This document shows, one piece after another, positions 31,638 through 43,557 of a stretch of 64,000 bases of DNA (position 1 is the stretch's first letter; each line of letters begins with the position of its first letter). The notes under the pieces were generated by a model. It saw only the letters and a list, made by a program, of their open reading frames with translations, ran no database searches and was not told the DNA's origin. The DNA lies in the NCBI GenBank assembly GCA_963678065.2, contig CAXXVZ010000005.1:832001-896000 (forward strand). The letters run 5' to 3'. The stretch comes from Treponemataceae bacterium (GTDB lineage: Bacteria; Spirochaetota; Spirochaetia; Treponematales; Rectinemataceae). Both the position numbers and the translations under genes were made by a program.

Positions 31638-31912
31638 AGATCAACCTTTCTTCCCTTAGTACGACGTGTATAGATATCAGTTATTATTTCATCTGAACTC
31701 CGTCCATCGTTCCATTTTCCACAGACATCATTCCAGATACTCAGTTGCAGTTCTTTATCGTATATCATCATAGGCTTTTGATCATAGCATTTCAGGCCAT
31801 TTTCCAGGATCATGAGAATCTCATTATTTAAGCTTCGGCGTTCTACTTCAGAGAGGACTCTGATCTTATCAAGAATCATATCGGGAATATTTCGTACTGT
31901 TAAGCTTGCCAT
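31634..31912 (-). CDS. FitA/Arc-like ribbon-helix-helix antitoxin
   Basis: MASLTVRNIPD...RRSLNNEIL. Confidence 0.8.
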   Translation of the reverse strand: MASLTVRNIPDMILDKIRVLSEVERRSLNNEILMILENGLKCYDQKPMMIYDKELQLSIWNDVCGKWNDGRSSDEIITDIYTRRTKGRKVDL

Positions 31913-31932
31913 ATAATAACCACCATAGTTTT

Positions 31933-31961
31933 ATTATAGTTCCAGGGTATCTGATTGTCAA
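31933..31961 (-). promoter_or_regulatory. Consensus sigma70 promoter
   Basis: TTGACA-17-TATAAT upstream of the antitoxin. Confidence 0.8.
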
Positions 31962-32890
31962 GATTCTTCGCGCAGACATTTCAGCTAACGTTTTGCCTGT
32001 TTGCGACGATGGCGCGAGCATCGGCGAACGCCATTGTGCCTGAGCGGAATGAGCGACAGCGAGTGGAGCGAATGGCCGAAGAGGGAGCCTGCGACCGATG
32101 AGCGTGAACAGCGCTGTTAGTTGCAGTCGTGACCTTCAAGCGCGCTTGGATGGGGAGACTTGTCTCCTCATCCAATACTCTATCTTGCGCGCGTTCTTCT
32201 CTTCCTCTTTTCTTAACCCTTATTTTTTTTCACGATTGCAACTAACGTTCTGCCTGTTTGCGACGATGGCGTGAGCATCGGCGAACGCCATTGTGCCTGA
32301 GCGGAATGAGCAAAGCGAGTGTAGCGAATGGCCGAAGAGGGAGCCTGCGACCGATGAGCGTGAACAGCGCTGTTAGTTGCAGTCGTGACCTTCGAGCGCG
32401 CTTGGATGAGGAGACTTGTCTCCCCATCCAATACTCTATCTTGCGCGCGTTCTTCTCTTCCTCTTTTCTTACCCTTATTTTTTTCTTTCACGATTGCAAC
32501 TAACGTTCTGCCTGTTTGCGACGATGGCGCGAGCATCGGCGAGCGCCATTGTGCCTGAGCGGAATGAGCGCATGCGAGTGCAGCGAATAGCCGAAGAGGG
32601 AGCCTGCGACCGATGAGCGTGAACAGCGCTGTTAGTTGCAGTCGTGACCTTCGAGCGCGCTTGGATGGGGAGACTTGTCTCCTCATCCAATACTATATCT
32701 TGCGCGCGTTCTTCTCTTCCTCTTCTCTTACCCTTATTTTTCTCTTTCACGATTGCAACTAACGTTTCCGGCCTACGACGTTTGCGACCGCACAGGCGGG
32801 CGCAAATGTGCCTGAGCGGAATGAGCGAATGCGAGTGAAGCGATGGCCGAAGAAGGAGCCGAAGGCGACTGATGAGCGTGGGCCGTGTTG

Positions 32891-33892
32891 TTATGCGCAG
32901 TTATTTTTGAATATGTCATTAATAATATCAATCACTTCATTACTAAAACTATTTTGCTGATCTTCATTTATTATTATTTCCTTTTTTATTTTTACATAAA
33001 TCCAATCACTATCTTCGCAATACTCAAATCTCGAAGTATCAATATTCCAATTTTCATTTAGTGTATCTTTTTTCAGAGCGACACTAAGTATATATTCCCA
33101 ATATTGTGCGCCTTTATCTACCAAATTTAAATTCAAACCAATAAATATATCATCATTTTTTTTATACTTAATATATCGTCCTTTCGTTGTATCATCATAA
33201 AAATCATTAGCCCATGTTGATAACTCGAAATCCGATCCGATACCATCAATAATCATTTTCCCCGACTTCTCGACCAATTGAATAATCTTACACATAACCT
33301 TTAAAGATTCATGAATATCTTTTGGATTATAAAGCATAGCAACCTCATAAGGTGAAAGGATGGTATCAATTGATGATTTTATTATTAATTCTGATAACAG
33401 GTTTAGTGCTTCAGCTATAATATAAGAATCTTTTTGTAGATCATAACTGAACAAATATCTAATTAGGTCGTCCCAAATTACAATTTTAATAAACGAATAT
33501 TTTAATTTCGCATTTTCAATCTTATCTAGATGTTTATAGTTTTTAGGCAAAATAAATATTTGTCCTTTATAAGGCTTTTTACTATTTATTACCATTTCTG
33601 GATAACTATATATTTGATTGTCCTGCAATGGAGTGTCGATTCGAATTTTGTTTTCAATTAAGTAATAAGCTTTGCTATTAGTAATTACCAAATCAGGAAT
33701 GCCAGTATTATACCTTATCTGAGTAGAACAATGATTTAAATCTATAGAATCAATAGCATTCATATCTATTTTTAAATATGAAAATAATATATCTCTAAAA
33801 TATCTATATTTCAAAAGATTACATAAAATCTCTGTAGATGTATTTTCATCTTCTTTTGTTAGCCCATAAAATATTGATGTAGACCTATTCAT
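32891..33892 (-). CDS. PD-(D/E)XK nuclease-family protein
   Basis: ENTSTEIL, IPDLVI...YLIENKI...LQDNQIYSY; stop codon lies in the attC R'' box. Confidence 0.75.
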   Translation of the reverse strand: MNRSTSIFYGLTKEDENTSTEILCNLLKYRYFRDILFSYLKIDMNAIDSIDLNHCSTQIRYNTGIPDLVITNSKAYYLIENKIRIDTPLQDNQIYSYPEMVINSKKPYKGQIFILPKNYKHLDKIENAKLKYSFIKIVIWDDLIRYLFSYDLQKDSYIIAEALNLLSELIIKSSIDTILSPYEVAMLYNPKDIHESLKVMCKIIQLVEKSGKMIIDGIGSDFELSTWANDFYDDTTKGRYIKYKKNDDIFIGLNLNLVDKGAQYWEYILSVALKKDTLNENWNIDTSRFEYCEDSDWIYVKIKKEIIINEDQQNSFSNEVIDIINDIFKNNCA

Positions 33893-34069
33893 ATAATATA
33901 TATATATCCTTCAAAAATAATTGCGCATAACGTTCGCCTGCCTACGACGTTGTGGCGAGCATCGGCGAGCCACAATGTGCCTGAGCAGAATGAGCGATAG
34001 CGAGTGCAGCGAAGGCCGAAGAAGGAGCCGATAGGCGACTGATGAGCGTGGGCAGTGCTGTTAGCCGCT

Positions 34070-34795
34070 TTAGCAAAAGATCCTATCCATATCCCCATTC
34101 TCTGATACTTTTTCTTTTTCTATCTTTCCGTTATTCCCATATACTATATACGCATTTTTACTTTTATCACTTCGGATTATCTGATAGCGATTATTCTCAA
34201 GTACCAATGCACAATTGTCTTCAATCCCAAGAACTTTTTTGTCATGTGTCTTCATAAACTCTATAAACTTTCCTTCCTGCTCTCGCGCGTTAAGATGAGG
34301 ACTATGACATCCACGCATTAGTCCAAGTCCATTTATATATGAATAATTCCATCCATCAGTATTTCCAAAACTTTCTGTATCACTAACTCCATACTCAAAC
34401 CAACATACTGATCCTGCACTTAATCCACTTAAAATAGTCCCTTTTTGAGATGCTTTTACTAGTAAATCTTGTATCCCATATTTTCTCCAAATATCCAACA
34501 TCATTTTCGTATCACCACCACCAACATATATAATATCTGCCATTTTTATTTTTGTTTCTATTTCACAATCATCAATATTTCTGTCCTTTAAACATAACAC
34601 ATCACAGTTACAGCCAAGTTTCTTACCATATACTTCTTGCACAGTCTGAATATATCCTTCCGGTTCTCCACTGGCTGTAGGAATAAAAAGATGGTGAGGA
34701 GATTTCTTTGAACACTTTTCGACAATATAACTATCGATCTCGAATGTTTCACCTGTGCGGATTTCTCCTCCACCAATGGCAATGATTATACTCAT
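34070..34795 (-). CDS. pepE: Peptidase E (S51 family)
   Basis: IAIGGGE, LFIPTAS, IYVGGGDT, GLSAGS, HSPH. Confidence 0.85.
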   Translation of the reverse strand: MSIIIAIGGGEIRTGETFEIDSYIVEKCSKKSPHHLFIPTASGEPEGYIQTVQEVYGKKLGCNCDVLCLKDRNIDDCEIETKIKMADIIYVGGGDTKMMLDIWRKYGIQDLLVKASQKGTILSGLSAGSVCWFEYGVSDTESFGNTDGWNYSYINGLGLMRGCHSPHLNAREQEGKFIEFMKTHDKKVLGIEDNCALVLENNRYQIIRSDKSKNAYIVYGNNGKIEKEKVSENGDMDRIFC

Positions 34796-35257
34796 GTGGA
34801 ACTATTCCTCTCCATCTTTTGCTATTGCGGCTAACGTTCTGCCTGTTTACGACGATGGCGTGAGCATCGGCGAGCGCCATTGTGCCTGAGCGGAATGAGC
34901 GCATGCGAGTGCAGCGATGGCCGAAGAGGGAGCCTGCGACCGATGAGCGTGAACAGCGCTGTTAGTTGCAGTCGTGACCTTCGAGCGCGCTTGGATGGGG
35001 AGACTTGTCTCTCCATCCAATACTATATCTTGCGCGCGTTCTTCTCTTCCTCTTCTCTTACCCTTATTTTTTCTTTCACGATTGCAACTAACGTTCGCCT
35101 GCCTACGACGTTGTGGCGAGCATCGGCGAGCCACAATGTGCCTGAGCGGAATGAGCGCATGCGAGTGGAGCGATGGCCGAAGAAGGAGCCGATAGGCGAC
35201 TGATGAGCGTGGGCAGTGCTGTTAGGCGCTGGCTTTGCTCTTATTAAGATATACAAC

Positions 35258-36604
35258 CTACAATTTTAATCTCTCAGATATAACACTAGCCAGAAGATCA
35301 ACCATATCAATAAATACTGTTTTATCATTAATATCTTTCTTATTTATTAAGTTTCTTATAGCTTTTTCTTTCTGTGTATAATAATATTCTTGATTATTTA
35401 TTTCCCGTAGAGAATTAAAAGTCTGTCCAATATTCATTAACAATGCGGGGCTATCTTTAAAAAGGCTTAAATAATTCGTTGTGTTCCCAAAACCAGAAAT
35501 AAAGCTAACAATATTAAGCGCAAATGATACTGAAATACTACCAAGTTGTTTCGCTTGCTTTAACGCCCTATGTTTCATATGTTTAGGCAATTCTTCTTGA
35601 ATTTGGACTCTAAAAGTATTATCAAGATCTTTTCTAATTGTTTCCAATTCATTTATACTAAATATCTTACTAAATTCATTTAAATGTATTTTGTTTATTC
35701 CGCTAATTAAGTCATTGTATTTTAATTGGAATTTTGATTCTAACAACGGCTTTCGTATTTGTATAATATCATGAAACGATAAATTATCAATAATGCCATA
35801 AGAAACCATATATTTCTGCAATGAATCACATACATATTCAATTAATAATTTTGATAATATCTGATCTTCAGACAACCTTGATCTTTTTTGTGTAAGATCA
35901 GTAATATCATAATCAATATAATTCTCCTGAGGTAAGGCACTTTCACAGTTTACTACTCGGGCACCAGAAATATGATATAATAATTCTCTAGATATTTGTA
36001 TTATTGTTCTCTCTTTCGTTGATAAATCTCGTGTACAATCATCAATAAGACCTCGATCTAAAACATTGCTATTTTTAATTTTATTACATATACTTGTTAT
36101 TTTATCTTGATTCCTAATGGAAATATGACTTCGTACTACAGATTTCTCATCATTTAACTCTTCTAAAAATCTTTCTTTAAACCAACTAGAGTTTTCTTCT
36201 AATGGCCAGTCAACTGTCTTTACTATATTGTCTTTATAAAATTGTATGGCATTGTTTTTGTTTTCAAACTCTTTGTTTTGAAATATTTCAGAAATATCAT
36301 CTTTATCTGACCGAAGAGCAGGAATAATTATTCCTGTATTTAGCAACTCAGGATTTTCTTTAAAAAATTGATATACAAAATCTGAGGCTAAATGCGAAGC
36401 AGCAAATATGATATTACTTTTTACTAACAATAATGCTTTTATTTTTCTTTCACCATTTCTTTTTAGCTTTTCTAAATCAACTGTTCTATCAATGATTCTG
36501 TGATCAAAATCAGTAAAATATGCACGCGGACCATTCAAAGTCCTAGGATCTATTCGATACATAGCATTTACCTCATTTTTGTCTTTGCTTCTTGTTTTAA
36601 ACAT
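35258..36604 (-). CDS. Hypothetical protein (448 aa)
   Basis: Long ORF filling the cassette; start may be the downstream Met. Confidence 0.75.
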   Translation of the reverse strand: MFKTRSKDKNEVNAMYRIDPRTLNGPRAYFTDFDHRIIDRTVDLEKLKRNGERKIKALLLVKSNIIFAASHLASDFVYQFFKENPELLNTGIIIPALRSDKDDISEIFQNKEFENKNNAIQFYKDNIVKTVDWPLEENSSWFKERFLEELNDEKSVVRSHISIRNQDKITSICNKIKNSNVLDRGLIDDCTRDLSTKERTIIQISRELLYHISGARVVNCESALPQENYIDYDITDLTQKRSRLSEDQILSKLLIEYVCDSLQKYMVSYGIIDNLSFHDIIQIRKPLLESKFQLKYNDLISGINKIHLNEFSKIFSINELETIRKDLDNTFRVQIQEELPKHMKHRALKQAKQLGSISVSFALNIVSFISGFGNTTNYLSLFKDSPALLMNIGQTFNSLREINNQEYYYTQKEKAIRNLINKKDINDKTVFIDMVDLLASVISERLKL

Positions 36605-36781
36605 TTAGCCAAGAGCAAAGCTTGCGCCTAACGTTCGCCTGCCTACGACGTTGTGGCGAGCATCGGCGAGCCACAATGTGCCTGAATGGAACGAGCGCAT
36701 GCGAGTGCAATGAAGGCCGAAGAAGGAGCCAAAGGCGACTGATGAGCGTGGGCAGCGCTGTTATGCGAAGGATGACAATCT

Positions 36782-37657
36782 TCACAAGGGCGTTTTATTA
36801 TGCATTTTAGTCTTATTTTCTTTTATATGTTTGATCAATTCATCTAGTTCGTCTTCATCTATAGAAGGAGGAATATTAAATTTAGATACATCAAATATTT
36901 TCCATTTTTCAAGATTAAATTTATTTCCATTTATTTTATAATTTCTTCCTAAATCGTAAATATTTGAATCAAATATTTCTAGATTAAAATTTTCGAAGTT
37001 ATCCTTCAACCTAAAATAGTCGATTGATATAATGAAAACTAAAGAAATATTTTGAATTAAAAAATACACGTACACAACAAAATAGAAAAATATGCACATT
37101 AATAATATCTGAAATTTTAATTCCGGAGATATTTTAATCGTATCCAAATAAAACAATAAATATATTATATTTATAATTAAAACACTTAATTGCAAGACAT
37201 AATATACTGTTGTTTTCCATTTTTTATCTGTATGAACATTCCAAAGTTTTTTTAAATATATGGTCTTTTTTTGAAATAATTTTATAGCAATTAATCCACA
37301 ACAAGAAATAGTACAACTTAAAATTACTCCTAATAATGTTATCCCATTAAACATTAAAACGCTAAATAAAATCATCATAGAAATAATTATCATCAGAAAA
37401 GCAATAAAAATGAATGAATATACAAATTGTGATAATTTTATTATTAAATCACCGATCAATATTGCAAAGGTATCTTTTTTAAATTCAACATCGTCTAAGT
37501 TTTTTATATAAACAATTGGTTCTGAAAATTTTGGTCTCAAAATCGTAAATAAATATACTAATAGTATAAAAAGAAAACCTAATACCGTAAAACTAGAGTT
37601 CAGTATTACTGAAAATAGGTTTTGAAGATAAACTGTCTTTGGATCGAATAATGTCAT
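36782..37657 (-). CDS. Hypothetical membrane protein
   Basis: Several hydrophobic helices; downstream of the GT2 gene. Confidence 0.6.
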   Translation of the reverse strand: MTLFDPKTVYLQNLFSVILNSSFTVLGFLFILLVYLFTILRPKFSEPIVYIKNLDDVEFKKDTFAILIGDLIIKLSQFVYSFIFIAFLMIIISMMILFSVLMFNGITLLGVILSCTISCCGLIAIKLFQKKTIYLKKLWNVHTDKKWKTTVYYVLQLSVLIINIIYLLFYLDTIKISPELKFQILLMCIFFYFVVYVYFLIQNISLVFIISIDYFRLKDNFENFNLEIFDSNIYDLGRNYKINGNKFNLEKWKIFDVSKFNIPPSIDEDELDELIKHIKENKTKMHNKTPL

Positions 37658-38374
37658 TTTTGTACCCCAACAAATTATGTATATTCATAATCATACACTC
37701 GATAAGTAAATACTTTAGTATTTTTAACCCGTCTACAAATATTTTTAGTTTTGAAATTCCTTTTCTTTCTTCATAAATTGAATATAATTCTTTATATTTT
37801 AGATATTTATATCTATTTGCCATTATTTTTATTTCTGAAGAAAACTCCATTTCGGTTGTTTTATATTTTAAAGATTTGAATACATTATACTTAAAAATGT
37901 ACATACCAGATTGAGAATCTTTCAGCTTCAAAGAAAACAATATGTTTATAATACTTGTAACCATCATATTGCCATAATAGTTTATTTTTTTCATAGATTT
38001 TTATTTATTAATGGAAACCTTGACAAACAAAGGAAATCAATATTTTCAGAAATAATTTTGTCTAAATAACTATGTAATTTTGACAATGAATATGTCCCAT
38101 CTCCATCTATAATTATGACATAATCAGATTGCACTGATACACTTTCTATTCCTTTCCTACATGCATTACCATATCCGTTGTTTTTTTCTTCAACTATTAC
38201 AAAATTATATTTTCTAGCCACTGATTTGGTCTTATCGACAGAATTATTATCAATGACAATAATCTCGTCTATGCATTTTGGTATTTGCGACCCAATATAA
38301 TCAAGTCCTAATTCTTCATTTTTACACGGTATAACAAGGCTAATAAATAAATTGTTATACAACATATCCTCCAT
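37593..38374 (-). pseudogene. Glycosyltransferase family 2, frameshifted
   Basis: SLVIPCKNEE, IDNNSVD, DGDGTY in one frame; DSQSGM, ERKGISKL in the next; shift at an A run near 37997. Confidence 0.8.
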
Positions 38375-38883
38375 TTGGTATTGGTTGCTATTTTGTCATC
38401 TTTCGCATAACGTTCTGCCTGTTTGCGACGATGGCGTGAGCATCGGCGAGCGCCATTGTGCCTGAGCGGAATGAGCGTATGCGAGTGGAGCGATGGCCGA
38501 AGAGGGAGCTTGCGACCGATGAGCGTGAACAGCGCTGTTAGTTGCAGTCGTGACCTTCGAGCGCGCTTGGATGGGGAGACTTGTCTCCTCATCCAATACT
38601 CTATCTTGCGCGCGTTCTTCTCTTCCTCTTCTCTTACCCTTATTTTTTTCTTTCACGATTGCAACTAACGTTTGCCTGCCTACGACGTTGTGGCGAGCAT
38701 CGGCGAGCCACAATGTGCCTGAATGGAACGAGCTCATGCGAGTGCAATGAAGGCCGAAGAAGGAGCCGACAGGCGACTGATGAGCGTGGGCAGTGCTGTT
38801 AGCCGATGTGCCCCGCTCTCCCATTGTTACACTTTTCACATTTTCATTTACAAAATATACTTTTTATATACTATCTTTAGTTC

Positions 38884-39144
38884 TTAATTTTGCTCTATCA
38901 ATTTCCCATTCACATACTTATGAAGAATACTTGCCACAAGTGTCTGATACGGAATCCCTTCTTCCAATGCCTTTGTCTTAAGCCCATCCAAATCCTTTTT
39001 CGCGATTCGGATATTCATTCGTTGATCTTTTAACATCGTATTTTTTGCGGCTTCTTGTAATTGCTTAGTAAGCTCTTTTCTATTTTTTACACTTTTCCAC
39101 TCATCATTCTCTATCGAATTAAGGAGGTCCATTTCTTCTACCAT
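38884..39144 (-). CDS. BrnA/CopG-like antitoxin
   Basis: KDQRMNIRI, KALEEGIPYQTLVASILHKYV. Confidence 0.85.
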   Translation of the reverse strand: MVEEMDLLNSIENDEWKSVKNRKELTKQLQEAAKNTMLKDQRMNIRIAKKDLDGLKTKALEEGIPYQTLVASILHKYVNGKLIEQN

Positions 39145-39146
39145 TT

Positions 39147-39428
39147 CTATTTCCTCCTCTTTCCAGGAAAATATTTATCGGTATATTTCCTACTCGGAAA
39201 AATTGTCTTCATAAAATACCCTTGTTCTGTACATACCACAGGCACCACATATGCATAATCATCTATTCCTACAATGATTAATAATTGATTATTGTATTGT
39301 TCCGTATTTGGATGTTCTAAAACATCCACTATTCCTCCTTCTTCTATCGCAATGACGATTCTTTCGAATCCTATGCTTCGTTCTTTCTTGAGCTGAAGAT
39401 TTTTTTCTTCGTTCCAGTCAAAAACCAT
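39147..39428 (-). CDS. brnT: BrnT-family toxin
   Basis: FDWNEEKNLQLKKERSIGFE, KTIFPSRK. Confidence 0.85.
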   Translation of the reverse strand: MVFDWNEEKNLQLKKERSIGFERIVIAIEEGGIVDVLEHPNTEQYNNQLLIIVGIDDYAYVVPVVCTEQGYFMKTIFPSRKYTDKYFPGKRRK

Positions 39429-39674
39429 ATTCTAAAACTAGACCAATGTGTGCCTTTTGTCAATACATGCATTTCTTTTTTTGCATGGCTTTGAAAGCAA
39501 CCCATCGCATATCTTGTCTTCATCTTGGCGGGGCATTTCGGCTAACGTTCGCCTGCCTACGACGTTGTGGCGAGCATCGGCGAGCCACAATGTGCCTGAG
39601 CGGAATGAGCGACAGCGAGTGCAGCGATGGCCGAAGAAGGAGCCGCAGGCGACTGATGAGCGTGGGCCGTGCTG

Positions 39675-40082
39675 TTAGCCGATGTTTATCGCGCTCTTCC
39701 CTTCACCCATTTTTTTGATCTTATTCTCTACCCATTTTACACAATACTCGGAAACCTTTACTGCATCATGATATTCTTGTTCACTGACGGGAGTATATTC
39801 CCCTGGATATCGTGTTTGTACCGCATAATCATTGAGAATCACAACATCTTTCAGTTCATGTGGTAGTTCAGAATATTTAGCTACTTCTCCCAATAAGGTC
39901 ACCATATTATGAATTTTAGGTGCTTCAACATCATGGAATAACAGAAATGCCTTAATCGCTTTTTCTGCTGCTTGTTGTGCCTGAAAACATAAATCTTCAC
40001 GACATATTTCATCAGATACTACTATTTTAGCTAAAGCAAGATTGCTTTTTGCCCGAAGAAGCCATTCCGCATGATTACTCAT
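39675..40082 (-). CDS. HEPN-domain protein
   Basis: CFQAQQAAEKAIKA, KIHN, YAVQTRYP. Confidence 0.88.
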   Translation of the reverse strand: MSNHAEWLLRAKSNLALAKIVVSDEICREDLCFQAQQAAEKAIKAFLLFHDVEAPKIHNMVTLLGEVAKYSELPHELKDVVILNDYAVQTRYPGEYTPVSEQEYHDAVKVSEYCVKWVENKIKKMGEGKSAINIG

Positions 40083-40395
40083 ACACAACAACACCTTCTC
40101 GTGCGATTGTTTTGTAAATCATTCCTGTTTCAAATTTCAATTTCTCATATTTGTCCGTATCAACCGCAATAAGGTCTATCGGGATTCCAATATTTTCAGT
40201 TACTAACATTCTATATACTTTTTGAGTAATTTCTCGTTCGTTCGTTATGTTATTTTTAAGAATGAGAAGATCATAATCGCTATTCTCGGAATTATCGCCA
40301 CGTGCCCTGGACCCAAACAAGATCACTTTGTATGGATGTACTGATTGAGCAATGACTTCCACAGCACGTCCCAGTTGTCCAACGGCAGCTTTCAT
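40075..40395 (-). CDS. Minimal nucleotidyltransferase (MNT)
   Basis: VILFGSRARGD...SDYDLLI. Confidence 0.88.
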   Translation of the reverse strand: MKAAVGQLGRAVEVIAQSVHPYKVILFGSRARGDNSENSDYDLLILKNNITNEREITQKVYRMLVTENIGIPIDLIAVDTDKYEKLKFETGMIYKTIAREGVVVYE

Positions 40396-40875
40396 AACTC
40401 CATTGTATCCTATGGTTTACCGAAAAACCAGATATCTCCGCGCGATAAATTTCGGCTAACGTTTTGCCTGTTTGCGACGATGGCGCGAGCATCGGCGAGC
40501 GCCATTGTGCCTGAGCGGAATGAGCGCATGCGAGTGCAGCGATGGCCGAAGAGGGAGCTTGCGACCGATGAGCGTGAACAGCGCTGTTAGTTGCAGTCGT
40601 GACCTTCGAGCGCGCTTGGATGGGGAGACTTGTCTCCTCATCCAATGCTATATCTTGCGCGCGTTCTTCTCTTCCTCTTCTCTTAACCCTTATTTTTTTT
40701 TCACGATTGCAACTAACGTTCGCCTGCCTACGACGTTGTGGCGAGCATCGGCGAGCCACAATGTGCCTGAGCGGAATGAGCGCATGCGAGTGCAGCGATG
40801 GCCGAAGAAGGAGCCGATAGGCGACTGATGAGCGTGGGCAGTGCTGTTATGTGAAGTTTCCCCCGATCTTCAACC

Positions 40876-41328
40876 CTATTCCTTTATCTTTTCCTGTTTT
40901 TTATCTTTTATCTCATGCTTCATGATTTCCAAATATTCTTCTGCATTTACTATACTCATCTCCTTTCCAACATAATCATCCCCATTTCTTGTTATCAAAA
41001 CACTGATGCCATGTTCAAGTGCTGCATAATATTGTATTGCATCTTCTAGATCTTTGAACTTCGATGCCAATACCAAATCTATTATTTTTTCATCAACATT
41101 CACTAGTTTGGTTAATAATCTTAATTTTCGAAGATGCAGCAAGGCTAGTTCTTGCCCTAACCCTTTTTTCACTATGTAATACAAATTTGAAAATATCACA
41201 GGACTGATATACGCTTCAATTTTTCCCTTTTCTGCCAGTGAGAATAGTGTTGCTGCCGCTGGATAAAATGGCTGACGTTTCAGAAACATATCCAGGATGA
41301 TATCCGTATCGATAAATACCTTATTCAT
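40876..41328 (-). CDS. PIN-domain protein
   Basis: KVFIDTDIILD, DLEDAIQY, LITRNGDDY. Confidence 0.88.
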   Translation of the reverse strand: MNKVFIDTDIILDMFLKRQPFYPAAATLFSLAEKGKIEAYISPVIFSNLYYIVKKGLGQELALLHLRKLRLLTKLVNVDEKIIDLVLASKFKDLEDAIQYYAALEHGISVLITRNGDDYVGKEMSIVNAEEYLEIMKHEIKDKKQEKIKE

Positions 41329-41570
41329 TTGTATTTATCCGTGAGATAGTCCACATATCCATCATCCATTGCCGAAATATCCACAGCATCAAGAATTCCA
41401 GATAATTCCATAACCAGAGGCGAATAGTGGGGTTCAGTTTTATCTTCAAGCGCAAGGATCTTGAAGTAGTCCTCAACTAATCGGGAAAGACTTCGTTTCC
41501 GTTTTTGAGCATATACTTTGGCGGTTTCTATTACTGTTTGATCCAGTTTGAGCGTCAGTTTTGTTTCCAT
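41325..41570 (-). CDS. RHH antitoxin (DUF6364-like)
   Basis: METKLTLKLD...AKVYA...SLSRLVEDYF. Confidence 0.8.
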   Translation of the reverse strand: METKLTLKLDQTVIETAKVYAQKRKRSLSRLVEDYFKILALEDKTEPHYSPLVMELSGILDAVDISAMDDGYVDYLTDKYK

Positions 41571-41590
41571 ACATTACCTCAATACGTATA

Positions 41591-41619
41591 ATACTAATAA
41601 ATAAAATACGTATTGTCAA
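41591..41619 (-). promoter_or_regulatory. TA promoter with two AATACGTAT operator-like boxes
   Basis: TTGACA-17-TAGTAT; aatacgtat at 41581 and 41605. Confidence 0.6.
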
Positions 41620-42301
41620 TATCTTTCTCGTACTCTCTCTCGGGGGAAATTTCACATAACGTTCTGCCTGTTTGCGACGATGGCGTGAGCATCGGCGAGC
41701 GCCATTGTGCCTGAGCGGAATGAGCGCATGCGAGTGCATGCGAATGGCCGAAGAGGGAGCCTGCGACCGATGAGCGTGAACAGCGCTGTTAGTTGCAGTC
41801 GTGACCTTCGAGCGCGCTTGGATGGGGAGACTTGTCTCCTCATCCAATGCTATATCTTGCGCGCGTTCTTCTCTTCCTCTTCTCTTACCCTTATTTTTTC
41901 TTTCACGATTGCAACTAACGTTCTGCCTGTTTGCGACGATGGCGCGAGCATCGGCGAGCGCCATTGTGCCTGAGCGGAATGAGCAAAGCGAGTGCAGCGA
42001 TGGCCGAAGAGGGAGCCTGCGACCGATGAGCGTGAACAGCGCTGTTAGTTGCAGTCGTGACCTTCGAGCGCGCTTGGATGGGGAGACTTGTCTCCCCATC
42101 CAATACTATATCTTGCGCGCGTTCTTCTCTTCCTCTTCTCTTACCCTTATTTTTTCTTTCACGATTGCAACTAACGTTTCCGGCCTGCGACGTTTTGGCC
42201 CGCACAGGCGGGACAAAATGTGCCTGAATGGAACGAGCGAATGCGAGTGCAATGAAGGCCGAAGAAGGAGCCAAAGGCGACTGATGAGCGTGGGCCGCGG
42301 T

Positions 42302-42885
42302 GTTAGTTGCTGTGTTTGGGGGGCTCTTTTTCTTCCATTTTTTAAAACGTTTTCTCTTCTCTTACCCTGAGATCTTCATTCTCATAACTCTATAACCGAT
42401 ACTTTCAGAGCATTTATTTTATAGAGTTCTGAATCTTCAACTGTATAAATTGATTTTCCCTCTTTTTCTTTAAAATTCTCAAAACCTTTTTTTTAAATCT
42501 TCTACCATATTCCATAAATATTTTACCTGAAAACAAATATGCCTGATTCCTGTTTCAGAATCTTCATTTTTAAAGATCCCATTTTTTTAATTTTTGAGTT
42601 TGTAACTCGATTATACAATCATTGAGTTGTAGCCAGGTATTATTCGCTCTTCCATGAAATCCTGTAGTCTCATGAAGAATCTTAAATCCCAACATCTCAT
42701 ATTACTATGATATATTTTCATTATATCTATCAGTTTCTATGCAGACAGATAAAATGACTCAATCATTGAAGTTTCTCGAAAAATATCTTTTCTCTTGATC
42801 CCATATTCCCATGAGATATTTATAGCAAACAAAAATGATCTCACTCAGGATGCAAAATTTCCGCCCCCCAAATATTGCAACTAAC
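42302..42885. other. Long ORF-less cassette
   Basis: No credible ORF; ends related to family L. Confidence 0.65.
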
Positions 42886-43557
42886 GTTCTGCCTGTTTGC
42901 GACGATGGCGTGAGCATCGGCGAACGCCATTGTGCCTGAGCGGAATGAGCAGAGCGAGTGCAGCGATGGCCGAAGAGGGAGCCTGCGACCGATGAGCGTG
43001 AACAGCGCTGTTAGTTGCAGTCGTGACCTTCGAGCGCGCTTGGATGGGGAGACTTGTCTCCTCATCCAATACTCTATCTTGCGCGCGTTCTTCTCTTCCT
43101 CTTCTCTTACCCTTATCTTTTTCTTTCACGATTGCAACTAACGTTCTGCCTGTTTGCGACGATGGCGTGAGCATCGGCGAGCGCCATTGTGCCTGAGCGG
43201 AATGAGCGCATGCGAGTGTAGCGATGGCCGAAGAGGGAGCCTGCGACCGATGAGCGTGAACAGCGCTGTTAGTTGCAGTCGTGACCTTCGAGCGCGCTTG
43301 GATGGGGAGACTTGTCTCCTCATCCAATACTCTATCTTGCGCGCGTTCTTCTCTTTCTCTTTTCTTAACCCTTATTTTTCTCTTTCACGATTGCAACTAA
43401 CGTTTGCCTGCCTACGACGTTGTGGCGAGCATCGGCGAGCCACAATGTGCCTGAGCGGAACGAGCGCAAGCGAGTGCAGCGATGGCCGAAGAAGGAGCCG
43501 CAGGCGACTGATGAGCGTGGGCAGTGCTGTTAGCGGCTGTTTTGCTGCGCTCTTCTC

